DNA of 63,585 bases, filler included, from Sanchytrium tribonematis (lineage: Eukaryota): the NCBI GenBank assembly GCA_018985235.1. It is 6 parts of 6 records of this genome, joined end to end, with 100 filler letters (N's around TTAATTAATTAA, not from the genome) between each part and the next. Parts side by side here need not be neighbours in the genome. Positions count along the whole stretch, not along the records: positions 21,290 to 31,809 come from JADGIG010000293.1; positions 31,910 to 42,411 come from JADGIG010000294.1; 4 more parts are not named here. One strand, written 5' to 3'. Of this stretch, positions 22,784 through 35,499 are shown piece after piece. The stretch's first letter is position 1. Each line of letters opens with the position of its first letter. The notes below the pieces were generated by a model, which saw only the letters and a program-made list of their open reading frames with translations, made no database searches and had not been told where the DNA came from. Position numbers and translations under genes: made by a program.

Positions 22784-25700
22784 ATGAGTTCTCAAATGTT
22801 GCAAAACACATCTAAACGTGACCACCTTATTCAAGTCGAAAAGGACATACAGAGCCATTGGTATGAAAGCAAAGTATTCGAATCTGATCCTCAAGATAAG
22901 CCAAAATATATGGCAACTTTTCCGTATCCATATATGAATGGAAGACTCCATTTAGGACATGTATTTACCATTTCAAAAGCCGATTTTGCCATTGCTTATA
23001 AGATGATGAAAGGATACAATTGTTTATTTCCATTTGCTTTTCATTGTACAGGTATGCCAATTGTAGCTGCTTCAAACAAATTAAAAAACGAGTTGCAACA
23101 ATTCGGATACGAGAAATTAGTAGCCATGGTCAATGATGTTGATGCCGAGAAAGAAGAAAGCAATGTCCAGCAAAAATCAAAAGTAGCAGCTAAGCAAGGA
23201 AATGCAAAATATCAATTTCAAATTTTAGCTTCCATGGGTGTTGATCTCAAAGAAATACCAAAATTTGCAGACCCAAAATATTGGACTGAATACTTTCCAC
23301 CCCATGCTCAATCTGATTTGATGAAGTATGGTGCTCATATTGATTGGCGAAGGCAATTTATCACGACTAGTTTTAACCCTCACTATGATATGTTTATTAG
23401 ATGGCAATTCAACAAATTAAAGAAGCTTGAAAAAATAAAGTTTGGAGAGAGACACACCATCTGGAGCATTTTAGATAATCAGCCATGTATGGATCACGAC
23501 AGAAGCCAGGGTGAAGGTGTTGGCATTACAGAATACACAGGAATCAAAATCAAGCTTGAAACTCCAAATGAAGCTCTTGGCAAATTGCTAAAAGATCATC
23601 AAATTGATACAAAAACAATTAACATTTATTTTATTGCTGCCACTCTTAGACCAGAAACCATGTATGGCCAAACAAACTGTTTTATTGGGACCAAAATTGA
23701 ATACTCTGCACACAAGGTAAATTCTAATAGTATATATATAATGACACCCAGATCAGCCAGAAATATGGCTTATCAAGGTCAATTTGAGACAAAGGGAAAT
23801 GTAAATGAAATATTTAGAATCAATGGCAGTGATCTACTTGGATGTGCTTTAAATGCACCTCTCTCCCACTACAAAACCATTTATATGCTACCCTTACAAA
23901 CAGTGTTGGACAAAGGAACTGGAATCGTCACTTCTGTGCCATCTGATTCTCCTGATGACTATATCATGTGTCAAGAACTCTTGAAGAAAAGTGATTACTA
24001 TAAAATCAAAAAAGAGTGGGTCAATGAACCAATAACTATTATAGAAACACCACTCTCCACAAATATTGCCAAATACGCTTGCGAGCAATTTAAAATTAAA
24101 TCTCCAAATGATGCACAACAATTGATTAAAGCAAAAGAATTAGCTTACAAACAAGGATTTTACAGTGGTACTATTCTGGTAGGAGAGTTTAAAGGCCAGC
24201 CAGTCAGTGAAGTCAAATTAAAAATTAGAGATCAGCTAATTGCTAAAAACGATGCTTTTGTTTATAGTGAGCCAGAATCATTAGTAGTCAGCAGAAGTGG
24301 GGATGAATGTATCGTGAATTGTTGTGACCAATGGTATTTGGATTATGGTGAAGAAGAATGGAAACAGAAAACAATCAAGGCATTAGAAGATTTGGAATGT
24401 TATCATGGAGAAACGAGACACTTATTTTTAAATACGCTCAATTGGCTAAACCAATGGGCGTGTGCTAGAGGATTTGGATTAGGAACTGAGCTGCCTTGGG
24501 ATAAAGAATTTTTGGTGGAATCTTTGAGTGATAGTACCATTTATATGGCATATTACACAATAAGTAACGAATTGAAAAATATTCCTGCAGAAGAATTACG
24601 AGAGAATATGTTTGAGTATTTGTTTGGCACAGAAGTTCAATTGGAAGAACTTCAATGTAGAGATCAAGTTAAAAATCGTTTAAGAGAAATGAAGAAATCA
24701 TTTGAGTATTATTACCCATTTGATTTGCGTGTTTCTGGTAAAGATTTAGTACCAAATCATTTAACAATGTGTCTTTACAACCACACAGCATTATTCAATT
24801 CTAAATATTGGCCAAAGTCGATCAGATCTAATGGTCATTTATTACTTAACAGCAAAAAGATGTCGAAATCTACAGGCAATTTTATGACATTGTGTGACAG
24901 CATTCAAACATTTGGAAGTGATGCAACCAGAATCACTTTAGCTGATGCTGGTGATCTGATTGAGGATGCCAACTTTATGACAAACACTGCAAATGCCATT
25001 ATTTTGAAATTATTTAATTTATTAGAGTGGACAAAAGAAATGATTGCAAAGAAAGATGCGTTGAGAAAAGAAATGAATTGGATTGATTCCTTGTTTATCC
25101 ATATGATTTACAGCCTTTGTCATCAAGCAGATAATTCCTATAATCAATTGATGTTTAGGGACGCATTAAAATATGCATTTTATGAGTGCATCGATGTGAG
25201 AGATTGGTATATTAATTCGTGCAATTTACTTGGATTGGAATTGAATGCAGTTATTTTGGAGTATATTGAATTGCAATGCCTGATTATGGCTCCGATTAGC
25301 AGTCACTCAAGTGAGCATATTTGGAAGTTATTAGGCAAATCCGGATTTGTGGTCAAGCAAACATTTCCATTAAAAGAAGTTGATCAGTCTTTAGTGAAGC
25401 AATATAATTATTTGAAATCAGTTATACATTCAGTACGTACTCAAGCAGCTGTAGATGCAAAGAGACAATCTAAAGATAGTGGCAAAAAAGTTTTGAATTT
25501 ATTTGTACAAGCCAATTATCCAAAATGGCAAAGTGATGCTATAGATGTTTTAAAGGAAACTTTTGATGGAAAATTTTCGGATGAAGAAGTTAAGTTGCTA
25601 GGTAAGAAAGGATTATTGAAGAACAAGAAAGTGATGCCGTTTGTGCAAATGATAAAAGTATTTAATATTAACTAAGACACAAGTTATACAGAGTGGAAAA

Positions 25701-25880
25701 AGTGCATTTGAACAAGGAATTGGATTTGATGAAAGAGAATGCATAGATAATGCAAAAGAACTTATTTTGAAAAGTATTGGAGTGGAAGAAGTGAAAATAT
25801 GTACACAGAGTGATGAATTTAAAAAGCGAATGGATAGTGCGCTCCCTGGTCAGCCAGCAAGTATGATCACACTTGAGTAA
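22784..25880 (+). CDS. LARS1: Cytosolic leucyl-tRNA synthetase; exons 22784-25657 and 25677-25880
   Basis: PYMNGRLHLGH (HIGH), KMSKS, editing domain; exon 2 supplies the C-terminus FDERE...SALPGQPA; 3078 nt in frame. Confidence 0.96.
25658..25676 (+). other. 19-nt spliceosomal intron GTATTTAATATTAACTAAG
   Basis: GT-AG with an in-frame stop; removal recovers the conserved LeuRS C-terminal domain. Confidence 0.92.
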
Positions 25881-25906
25881 ATAAGATGCAAACTAATTTA
25901 CAAGAT

Positions 25907-26461
25907 TTATTGCAGTTCTGGCCTCATGATAATCAATTGTGCATTTGTTGCTGGTGAAATATCTTTGGTTCTTTCAAATGAAGGCTTTCCCAAATTTTCA
26001 GGACCAAATCCCATAGGCAAAAGCTGTGCAACAGTTCTTGTCGTACGTTTTGATATGTCTTTATTCCTATTTCCGGTGTTGGGAAACATGAACACAGAAA
26101 CTCCTGTTGGCGATGCAAATTCACGAATAACTTGCCGACAAGGACCACAAGGACTGATGGCTGTCTTGGAATCTGAGACAACTGCAACTGCAACAATTGC
26201 ATTCTTTCTAATATATTCTGGACCAAGTTCACTGACTAATTTCGAAATTGCAGATCGTTCTGCGCAAATTGTAGGGGAGTAGGCAGCATTCTCGATATTG
26301 CAACCACTAAAAATCTCTCCATTTTCAAGCATGACTGATGCTCCAACTTTAAAGTTGCTATATGGAGAGTAGGAATTACTTTTGCCGTGATGGGCTGCAT
26401 CATACAGTACCTTAATTTGAGATGTTGTCAAGCAGCTACACAAAAGAATCAGCACAAACAT
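25907..26461 (-). CDS. CDA: Homotetrameric cytidine deaminase with a hydrophobic N-terminal extension
   Basis: YSPYSNFKVGA, GCNIENAAY, CAERSA, SPCGPCRQ, LLPMGF. Confidence 0.92.
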   Translation of the reverse strand: MFVLILLCSCLTTSQIKVLYDAAHHGKSNSYSPYSNFKVGASVMLENGEIFSGCNIENAAYSPTICAERSAISKLVSELGPEYIRKNAIVAVAVVSDSKTAISPCGPCRQVIREFASPTGVSVFMFPNTGNRNKDISKRTTRTVAQLLPMGFGPENLGKPSFERTKDISPATNAQLIIMRPELQ

Positions 26462-26838
26462 TATAAAGAAATGCAAACCCAATTATAATGTGGTTTAGGC
26501 CAATCAATGATTGTGCATTACGAGATAACATTCACACATGACAAGTTGATGATGCAATTATACTTGAAAAATATACAAAAACCTGCATAATATAGTATTT
26601 TATCGAATAATAAATTGCTGGGAGGCTATTGCCGCATTTATCTAAAATTCAAGATATACTTGTCAGTTAGTATTTGGCTGCTATAAATTATCAAACACCC
26701 AACATTATGAAGGAAATTGGATTAGGCACGGCATCAAAATTATTTGATTTTTCATAAAATTGGTCTGCAAATTTGGTAAAATCGAGATTATTTAAATAAA
26801 TTTAAAAAATGTTATTTAATGCGATAATGGACTACTCA

Positions 26839-27087
26839 TTAATGGCTCTTTACAGCTCTTTTTAGAAGTACATACCCCTTTATGAACTTTTTGTACGTAT
26901 CTAAAATGTAAAACACAGCACTAATTAAAATGCAAGCCAAGTTAAACAAAGTATCTCTTCTGTCATAAAACCAACTTAAATTACTATCTGAATTAGATTT
27001 AAAAACAAGGCAAATTACAATCAAAGCAAATATAGCGCAGTAAAATAATATATTGAACCAGTCCACTCCCCTTGTTAGAATTGCCAT
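26839..27087 (-). CDS. Small two-TM hypothetical protein (5' part possibly frameshifted, upstream to ~27310)
   Basis: Two hydrophobic segments; frame open upstream of the ATG. Confidence 0.35.
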   Translation of the reverse strand: MAILTRGVDWFNILFYCAIFALIVICLVFKSNSDSNLSWFYDRRDTLFNLACILISAVFYILDTYKKFIKGYVLLKRAVKSH

Positions 27088-28051
27088 CCACTTTCGCGCT
27101 AATCTTCTGTCAATGTCTGCAATAAAATATTTTATGTCGTCTTCATAAGGTACTGGACTCTGTGATGTGGGGTTTCTATCAGAATGGGCAGCATCACAGC
27201 ATTGTGGTGAACTGGTGGACTGTTATGGGCAGGACTGCAACAATGTTGATGAGATCTTTGGGTTGGACTGGTCAAAGCTGGTGAGTTTGGAGTGCTTGCA
27301 CTGAAGAACATGTTTTAGGAATAAATATCGAAGCTCAAATTTATTGAGGTAAATTTAAAGTAATTTATTTATTTCCCTAAGAATGCTAATATCAACATGA
27401 ATATTTATATCCCTAATAATATCATTATTGACCATAATCATATTAAAGGGCAGTTGGCAGCGATTTCTAGTGTACAAATCCAGTAAGTGTGGGTCTTTGT
27501 CCAATAGCCTAGTCATTTCAATGTCTTTTTTTACACTGAAGAAAACTGGCTCTGGTAATGCTTTTAAAAAGTTCATAGCTGCAGTTAAGGGGATCAACAT
27601 TTATAATCGTTTTAGAGTTTGTGATTGGTTGACTATATGAATTATTTTTGAAGACCAATTAAGAGTTCATTTTCTAATTTTTTATTGGTAAATTTAACAT
27701 TCAAAACGCAAACCGTAAAGAAATTTAGCAAATTAATTGTTTTTAGGTATAACTACTCCATGTCATATATCATAATTGGGCTACTTTATGCCTCTTTGAT
27801 CACTTCTTGTTTTTAACATAAACTCGGAAAAAGATTTGCACATTTTACGATAAATAATCTATTAATGGAGCAAGATTAGTGGTTCATTAACATTTTTATT
27901 GGCCGATAAAAATACTCTTTTGGTGTGGATGAGTGCCAAAACTACAAACATAATTACTGCATTCACAAAATAGTGGTTGTTTTGGCATTATCAGCCACAT
28001 AGATTTGCATCTTGTACTTAGTTTTAAAACAAATTCTTAACATAGATTTAC

Positions 28052-29712
28052 TTAAGCCCTACCTGGTTGACCTGGAAGACCAGATTGTGGTTGTTGAGAT
28101 TCAGGATTTTTGACAGTTTCATCGATACTCAGAATCAAGCACGCTGCTTCCACTGCGCTAGCAATAGCATTTCTTTTAACAAGCTCCGGTTCCCAGACAA
28201 AGCTCTCATAGGTATCCACTACAATTCCTTCATCGAGATCCACACCAGCGTTTTTTTCATTCTTTTGCGAATGTGCCTGTCTTAATTGGTTCATCAAATC
28301 AGTGCAATCCAAACCGCTATTTAAAATTAGCTGTCTTGGAATAATTTCAAGTGCTTGTGCAAACGCCATGTAGATCATTTGAGCTTTTCCATTTAGTTTG
28401 TAGGCGTTATCACGAAGCGTTTTACTAGTTTCCATCTATATAAATATCAAATTACATCTATAGCACCTCCACCCGCTACAACACTCTTGTTTTTGATTGC
28501 TCTTCTTACAATCATGATAGCATCGTGTAAACTTCTTTCAACTTCTGCTAAAAATTGACCTGCTCCTCCTCTTAAAATCAAAGTGCTAGTTTTGCTGCTT
28601 GGACATCCAGTAAACATATTAAATCTTTCACCCCCAATAAGTTCCTCCTTGAATAATCCGCATGTTCCCAAATGTGTAGCTTCCAAATCATGAATACTTG
28701 AGTGAATAGTACAATTGACGGCTTTAGTGACTCGTAAAAGATCGTCTCCTGGAACACGGCCAGCACAGAATATATTACGGTCTGCAAAATATTGTGTTGC
28801 CAAATCTCCGATGGGAAGTCTACTTAATACAACGTTTGCACCAGTTTTAACAATGTTTTCTAGCTTTTCATAAATAATATTCCATTCCGCGTCTACAACC
28901 TTTTGGTATTCACTAACTTTTTCAATCCTGACTTCAGCATTATCTTTTTCAGCCTTCAATTCCAATTCAACGTTTAGACATAAAATCTTAGGATTTTGAA
29001 TTCCTTTAGGTTGCTGCTCAAATCCTGCATATGAGAACGTTTTTTTAAACGCCACTCCATCTACTAATAGAGAATCTTCCATTCCACCACCGTGAATTTT
29101 TTTCATAGCAATGAATTGTTCATTGAGAGAATCTTGGTCATCAAGTTTTAATACAGCGTCCACCACCATTTTCCCAAAAAATTCCCGGTGAGACTGAATT
29201 AATTTAGAGGACATGCTGGTCTTAGCACACTTAAATAAGATATCATGCATATCTCCGGACAATGAAACGGAATGGTTTGAAATTTCCTTCATGGCATCAG
29301 TTCCAGCATTTCTTAAAGTTTTGATAATAACTTGAGGATTTACGCCTTCCTCAATCAAATATCTAACTTGCTTTAAAATCTCAGCAGCGATTAAAACAGT
29401 TGACGTTGTGCCGTCTCCTACTTGAGCATCTTGTGCTCTTGCAATATCCACAAGCGCTTTTGCTGCAGGATGAATGATATCAAGTAATTTCATGATAGTA
29501 GCACCATCATTAGAGATGGTAACCTTACCTTCCTTATCAACAATTAATTTGTCACAACCCAGTGGACCAAGTGTTGTTCTTATTGTGTCAGCAACTGCAA
29601 TGCATGCACCAATGTTACTTAGCAACTGACCCTTCCCTTGAGACTGATCACTACCTTCTTTAAGCAATACAATTGGCATATTTAACATTTGATTTTGTTG
29701 TTGACGACTCAT
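28052..29712 (-). CDS. CCT7: Chaperonin CCT subunit eta; exons 29712-28456 and 28435-28052
   Basis: [32 protein letters not shown]; junction GGGAID-ME matches the GGGAIEME motif. Confidence 0.97.
28436..28455 (-). other. 20-nt spliceosomal intron GTAATTTGATATTTATATAG
   Basis: Interrupts the invariant GGGAxEME motif with no residues missing. Confidence 0.95.
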
Positions 29713-29736
29713 TCTAAAACCAGGAGAAGACTTGAT

Positions 29737-30177
29737 TTATTTACGAGACTGAATTTTAGGTGACCATGGCTGGATCTTTGGTGGCACAGTAGATTTGGTC
29801 TTAAATCGAGACTCTTCACTAAGTGTCACGTTTTCACGAAATGTCTCAAAAAATGGGACAAGCCCTTCTTTTTTCAATTGCGGAAATGGTTTGGGAATGG
29901 TATCGCTTATGCGATGAATCCAAGAATGCCACTCTGGTGGAATTTGTGATGCGTCATATCCTCCATAATTATTTGTTTTGTTTTTGTAAATGACAAACCT
30001 TTCTCTATTGAATTCATCACCGCCAGTGTAATATTTATTGCCAAATCTGTCTTCTCCAACTAATTTCCCATATCTTGGATCTTTATTTAGAAGTAATTGC
30101 TTGATGTATTTGAGTGGTCCTAATTGACGAAAAACTTGGAATTGCCCCATAGTTTGATGTTTTAAAAAATTTACCAT
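29737..30177 (-). CDS. NDUFA12: Complex I accessory subunit NDUFA12 (B17.2)
   Basis: LVGEDRFGNKYY, R.R.V.Y, DASQIPPEWHSWIH, KIQPWSP. Confidence 0.9.
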   Translation of the reverse strand: MVNFLKHQTMGQFQVFRQLGPLKYIKQLLLNKDPRYGKLVGEDRFGNKYYTGGDEFNRERFVIYKNKTNNYGGYDASQIPPEWHSWIHRISDTIPKPFPQLKKEGLVPFFETFRENVTLSEESRFKTKSTVPPKIQPWSPKIQSRK

Positions 30178-30197
30178 TGTATATCAAAATTATTTAC

Positions 30198-31313
30198 TCA
30201 TGACTTTTTAGAGCAAAGGGAAAAAGGCGTAGTGAAGCAATCCCATGGTTTTGGTTTTCTTAATCTATCTGCTGAGTTTCTTAGTAAAGGCTCATTTACA
30301 GACTCGTCTTCATGCATCATAGTTGGTGGTTTGACAGTGACGATTGCCGCACCAATATTTGCGTCTCCCGCTCCATAAAAAATCAAAAAATATTCTGTAC
30401 CATCTTCACTAGGCTCTAATCTCTTCATACCTTCAACGAAAATAACATTTGGAACGTAGCCATTCACCTCCCAATCCAAAACTGGTGTCAAAATTGGAGA
30501 AGATGAACGCTGTGAAATTCTTCTTGGTGTTTCTCCATCTAAAATCAAGAAACCGACATTGTACTGACTCGAGTAATTTGGTCTATCACTGGGAAATCCA
30601 CCTTGGGCTGAATTATAAATAAAAAAATAGTTTCCATCTGCCATTTTAATTGGTGGTGGTCCAGCCTCCACAAGTTGGGAATCGAAATAATTCCTTCTGG
30701 TTTGCAAGAAATGCTCGTCTTTAATTTTCCATTTTAGTAAATCTTTAGATTCTGAAAATCTAAGTCTATCGTCCCCCCAAATCATAAAATGAGTCGTCTC
30801 GCCCTTATCTTCATCAACAATGATGGCGCCACTTTTGCTCCAGTAATCAATTAGGACTCCATGTCTAGTCCATTTCTTACTTTCGACATCTTGAGTTGAA
30901 GCAATGGCCAATCTAGCGGTGACCGAATGTTTTGTTTGTTCAGCAGCGGTATAGGTCAAATAATATGTTTTGTCCTTCGAGTTGAAAACAATTCTTGGAT
31001 CTTCCACGCCATAGTTTTCATTGTCAGTCTCAGGCTTAAATATAATATCACTCGAAGAAATATTTTGAATCTGTATATCATCCAAATCTGTTAGCTCTAA
31101 TTTTGTTGTAAATTTAGCAAGTACCATGACACTTGGTTCAGCTTCCCATTTTTTTGTGGCTTTTTGGCATCTGACAATTAGTCCTTCAGATCCGTCTTTA
31201 AGAGTCACAAATGCAGCGTTATAGTTATATTCGAAATCAGAATTTTTCTTGAATTCAATCACAGGTAAAGATTGATTAGCTCGCGTGGCAGTAACCTCAT
31301 AACTTAAGTTCAT
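30198..31313 (-). CDS. GH130-family glycoside hydrolase/phosphorylase (beta-mannoside active)
   Basis: YNAA, GVEDPRI, YTA, WSKSG, VEAGPPP, VPNVIFVEG, YGAGD. Confidence 0.8.
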   Translation of the reverse strand: MNLSYEVTATRANQSLPVIEFKKNSDFEYNYNAAFVTLKDGSEGLIVRCQKATKKWEAEPSVMVLAKFTTKLELTDLDDIQIQNISSSDIIFKPETDNENYGVEDPRIVFNSKDKTYYLTYTAAEQTKHSVTARLAIASTQDVESKKWTRHGVLIDYWSKSGAIIVDEDKGETTHFMIWGDDRLRFSESKDLLKWKIKDEHFLQTRRNYFDSQLVEAGPPPIKMADGNYFFIYNSAQGGFPSDRPNYSSQYNVGFLILDGETPRRISQRSSSPILTPVLDWEVNGYVPNVIFVEGMKRLEPSEDGTEYFLIFYGAGDANIGAAIVTVKPPTMMHEDESVNEPLLRNSADRLRKPKPWDCFTTPFSLCSKKS

Positions 31314-31809
31314 AAATTTGTTTCGGACGTCACTAGATGTAATGTATTTAACTCATGCTTTTTAATCGTAAAAGCTGAATCGATTTATAATTTTTGAGAG
31401 CATGTATATTTCTAGAGAATAACAGCCTAGTAAAATAAATTGGTGTCTCAAATAATTTTTAAATCGTTTCAAGAAAATAGTTAAATTATCAATTGACGCA
31501 TTAATTGAACTTCGTTTTATTTCAAAACTTTTTAATTGTGATAAAATCTTCTGGCAACATCCCAATTTGAACTTATTGCGAGCTTGATTCTGCCCTACTT
31601 TTTAGGACTTGTTTGATTGTTGCTTTCAACAACTGGTCCAGGTTTTACTGCCATAGAAATGCGCGATAACATGTTTTTGAGAAGACTGACATGTGAAAGG
31701 ATGATTGGTTCGAAACCAATTTAGCCAATATAAAGGGAACGAACCTTTTATTCTCCAATGTTTCTGCAAAAACGAGATAGCGCGGAAAGCCTTTCTACTG
31801 AATTTTCAG

Positions 31810-31909
31810 NNNNNNNNNNNNNNNNNNNNNNNNNNNNNNNNNNNNNNNNNNNNTTAATTAATTAANNNNNNNNNNNNNNNNNNNNNNNNNNNNNNNNNNN
31901 NNNNNNNNN
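31810..31909. other. Artificial contig linker
   Basis: Ns + TTAATTAATTAA. Confidence 0.97.
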
Positions 31910-33603
31910 TCTCATCCATAATTTCAATAATGACGCACAAGTATTTGGATCATTATTAATGAGCGTATATTCATTATTTTCGCATTTGACTTTCTAAATA
32001 AATAAAAATAAACCATTTGGTTGACAGATTCAGCATCTCCAGGCACTCTGAAAATACCTTCAGTTTTAAGACCACCTAATTCTAAAAGTGATTCACTCAA
32101 GAATAGCAGAATTCTCGGTACTTGCAAGTCACTCACTTTGGTTTCAACTTGTTTGCCATTAATGGTTCTAGGAATGGTATCAGACGATTCTTGTTGTCTC
32201 TGCATAATATCCACCAAGGATTCTCCAAATAATGCATTTGTGAATGCACCATCCCAATATTTCATTATTTCCAGTTCTAGAGGGTTTTTACCACGGGGTC
32301 CACTCTGACAAATTTTTATGAGTTTCTTGTAATTGTATTTAGCAACCTGGATGATATTTGAAGTGGTGCATTGTTTGGCCCATTCTTGAATTTGTTTGGA
32401 GGTGTCTAGAGATAATTGACTGGATACACTTTCGTGTTTTCCATTATCTTGTTTTTCAGAATTTCCACTGTGCACCATGATACTCAAGTAGTTTAACAAA
32501 TATGACTCAAAATTCTTACTAGGTGGGAACACATTCAATAATACGGACATGCATTTAAATGCTCTAAGTAAAGAAGTAGAATTTGTATTACCATTACATT
32601 GTTTCACCAATTGCACATAAATTTCATCACGTAAAGCGCCGTGGTGAATTCCCATATCACAAAGTGCAGCCAATTCAGTCATTGGACATGCACCTGTGCT
32701 CCAAGTTTCAACAGCTTTGCTTTTATCGTCTTTTTTATCATCCGTGGCAATCACCTTGTTGATTAATTTGAAACTTGTCAAACTCAATTTCCATAAAGAT
32801 TTATGAATATTCATCAATGGTTGTTTAAGGTATGGATGATACCATAATAATTCTTGATTTGGGATTCTTTTTTTGAAAATAATACCTTTTTTGTGAACTG
32901 TGAAATATTGATTTGCAAAGCCATCCAAGTGAAAATGAGAAATGTCATCTTTTATAGATTGAGGTAAACTAGGTAGGGAAGACAATTCATTGCTGCTCAT
33001 TTTCCCATTGTCCATATTATTTACAGGGGCATTCATTGGATTCATTTGCTGAGCAATATCTGCGCGATATTCCACTGGACCAGATATCTTACCAACATTG
33101 GAAGGGTTGTTGGAATTTGCACTAGGTGGCGGAGTAAAGATTTTGCTCGGCTGGCATCTTGGATGTTTGTCTTGTAAAGATTTACACATTAAAATTACAT
33201 TATTAAGAGGTGGTTTGATCCAACTTACAGATAAATCAGTAGAATGAATATAATATACACATTTAAATTCATAATGCCAGCATTCTAAATAGACATCACG
33301 CGTCAAAACATTTAAATGGTGATTGTCATGCGTATATAAATAAATCGATTTCAAGGGATCATAAACCCATCCCGAAGGCGTATCTGAATCGGTATCATTT
33401 GTTGGATAAAAGATACTCTCTGGTATGAAATACCAATAGTGCTGATCCATTTGAGATTGGTGATGGATGTCATTGAGCAGGAGATGCGTTGTTTGTTTGG
33501 ATTTGGGAGTAAGATCTGATTGAGTATGAATCGTGGTATCATTAGCATGTTCTGTTGGGTGAGTTGTTAACCTTGAGAGAGATTTGTTGGAATCTAAAGA
33601 CAT
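31910..33603 (-). CDS. WW-MyTH4-RhoGAP protein (ARHGAP39-like), 3'-truncated; intron 31994-32013
   Basis: LRDEIYVQLVKQ (MyTH4), FGESL, TEGIFRVPG; after splicing KVKCEN...DPNTCASLLKLWMR (RhoGAP core). Confidence 0.88.
31994..32013 (-). other. 20-nt spliceosomal intron GTTTATTTTTATTTATTTAG
   Basis: Removal shifts into the frame encoding the conserved ASLLKLW.R RhoGAP motif. Confidence 0.92.
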
Positions 33604-34058
33604 TATTTTTGGCGTTTCAGATGACAATTGATGTAATTGGACGTTTTGAATATCTCGATGGACGTGATTATAATGAGAATTGTACCCTTATTTGTATGGT
33701 AGAGTTAGACGGAACCAAATTTGTAACGAACTAACGCGTTAGATTGTGAAAAGTCACCTAATTGTGTGAAACATGTTTGGAAAAATATGTAATTTCTAAG
33801 ACAATTTGTGGATATACATTATTTTGCCTCAAAAATGTGCCGACAGATAAATAAGTTTTGGTTGTCACATAACAAATATTAAATAATTTTAAAATTTAAA
33901 TTTATTAGCTTCTGCAAAAAATCAGATTAGTATCAACATTATTTAGAACCTTTCCTTTAATGCTTTGACAATTGTATTTCCTGTTTAAGCGAAATTTAAT
34001 AATAATTATCTAGTTTTAGCGAAATCTTTGATTTGAGGAGAAATTTTGCAACATCAAA

Positions 34059-34148
34059 ATGGATGTCTCTACAGGAATTAGTGTTGTATCATTCGCTGTT
34101 AGCGTTTACTTATTTAAATATCATGGAGATCTTTTTGAAGCACAATAA
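34059..34148 (+). CDS. 29-aa single-TM microprotein, possibly a small TOM subunit (Tom5/Tom6 type)
   Basis: MDVSTGISVVSFAVSVYLFKYHGDLFEAQ*; AAAATG start; stop within AATAAA; resembles the F....L...YGDL tail of plant Tom5. Confidence 0.4.
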   Translation: MDVSTGISVVSFAVSVYLFKYHGDLFEAQ

Positions 34149-34622
34149 ATTTAATTGACGTAATCTAATTTGACGCTATTGCGACATTTATTACTTTGGC
34201 AACTTTTACAAGTCACATTCACATTAAAGCAAAAATATGAGTTGGATTGTTTACCGCAGCAAAATTTGTTCATATGGATAAATTTTTCACCGAAATAATT
34301 GTCAAACAAACACAATTATGGTTGATGAAATTCGCATTCAAAATTATATCAGGGGATGCCTCTCTCTGAACACTGGTGTGCCCAATGATGAACAATTACC
34401 AAACCATTCTAGAAAAAGAATTCTGACTCAATGTCACTCAAGATTGAAAAATCAAAAAATTTCAAATAATTGAATAAATTTAACATGTGAAATTTTATAT
34501 AATCGTGCAGACATCTCAATTTTAGATTAGAAGCATTTTTGTTAATCAACTGGCCCTATAACTTCTGTGAATTTCCGCTGAAAAAATGACATTTTCAATA
34601 ATTTACTTTTTCAACAAATTCA

Positions 34623-35111
34623 TTATAGGTACCGAATGCTCCAAAGCGAATCTTTTTTATCTATTGGTTGAATGTAATAATCAATTCCAGCATCGGAATC
34701 TACTTTTCTAAGTCGAGCTTCCTCTTCAGACTTTTCTAATAAAATTCTCTGCTTTAAAATCGCCTCGTGATATATTCTTCGAGTGTAAACTGCATACAGC
34801 AAAGCCAAATAGTTGGCATAAATTAAAACTAATAAATGGAAGGCACCCTGTCGAGCACTTAAAGCCCGGTAAGTTGTAACATAGAAAATCACAAAACCTA
34901 TGCTTTGAAATAATAGTAGAATACTTGCTACTAATGTCAATAATTTATAGCGAATATTTGGCTGGAATGCGCTAACAATTTGGCACAAAATGTCAATTGA
35001 GTAGATTATTATGTAAGATAAATAGAAATAGTTGTATTCATCTCTAACAATTAAAATTAATGCATATATTATAAGTGCCAGTGTAAATGGAGCAATCCAG
35101 AATGTAAACAT
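34623..35111 (-). CDS. Four-TM hypothetical membrane protein
   Basis: 162-aa ORF with four hydrophobic helices. Confidence 0.65.
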   Translation of the reverse strand: MFTFWIAPFTLALIIYALILIVRDEYNYFYLSYIIIYSIDILCQIVSAFQPNIRYKLLTLVASILLLFQSIGFVIFYVTTYRALSARQGAFHLLVLIYANYLALLYAVYTRRIYHEAILKQRILLEKSEEEARLRKVDSDAGIDYYIQPIDKKDSLWSIRYL

Positions 35112-35499
35112 GTGGGACAGTTGTATGAAACTAGACTAGGAGAAAATCTTGATTTTCTGTCAATTCAATATGATGTTTTTGAAAGGATTTCCATTTTGAA
35201 AATTAGTCATTTCGTTTCACTTACTTTTTCTATGGGAAAAAATAGAATCAATAAAATTTGTTGCAATAAATTTATTACTTTGGTCATTGATTATTCACCA
35301 AATCCAATACATTGTCCAGAGCATTTTCTTAATATGATTTTAACATTTTGTGTTTAATACTTAAAATATTTATATTGTTTTTGCGCTATTATAAAAAATT
35401 GGGTTGCCCTATAAATAAATTAAATTATATCATCAGTTGTAAAATCAGTTGTAAATTTTCTATTTTCTAAACTCCACGTTTGAAACTTTTTCGCACAAA

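Noticed and set aside
27870..28015. Run of possible hairpins suggesting a structured ncRNA
   Set aside because: Stems are AT-rich and expected by chance; no snRNA, RNase P/MRP or SRP motif recognised
22784..29712. Stop-codon reassignment, readthrough or programmed frameshifting to explain split ORFs
   Set aside because: All splits in housekeeping genes resolve with GT/GC-AG introns; TAA, TAG and TGA all end genes normally and long conserved ORFs contain none internally
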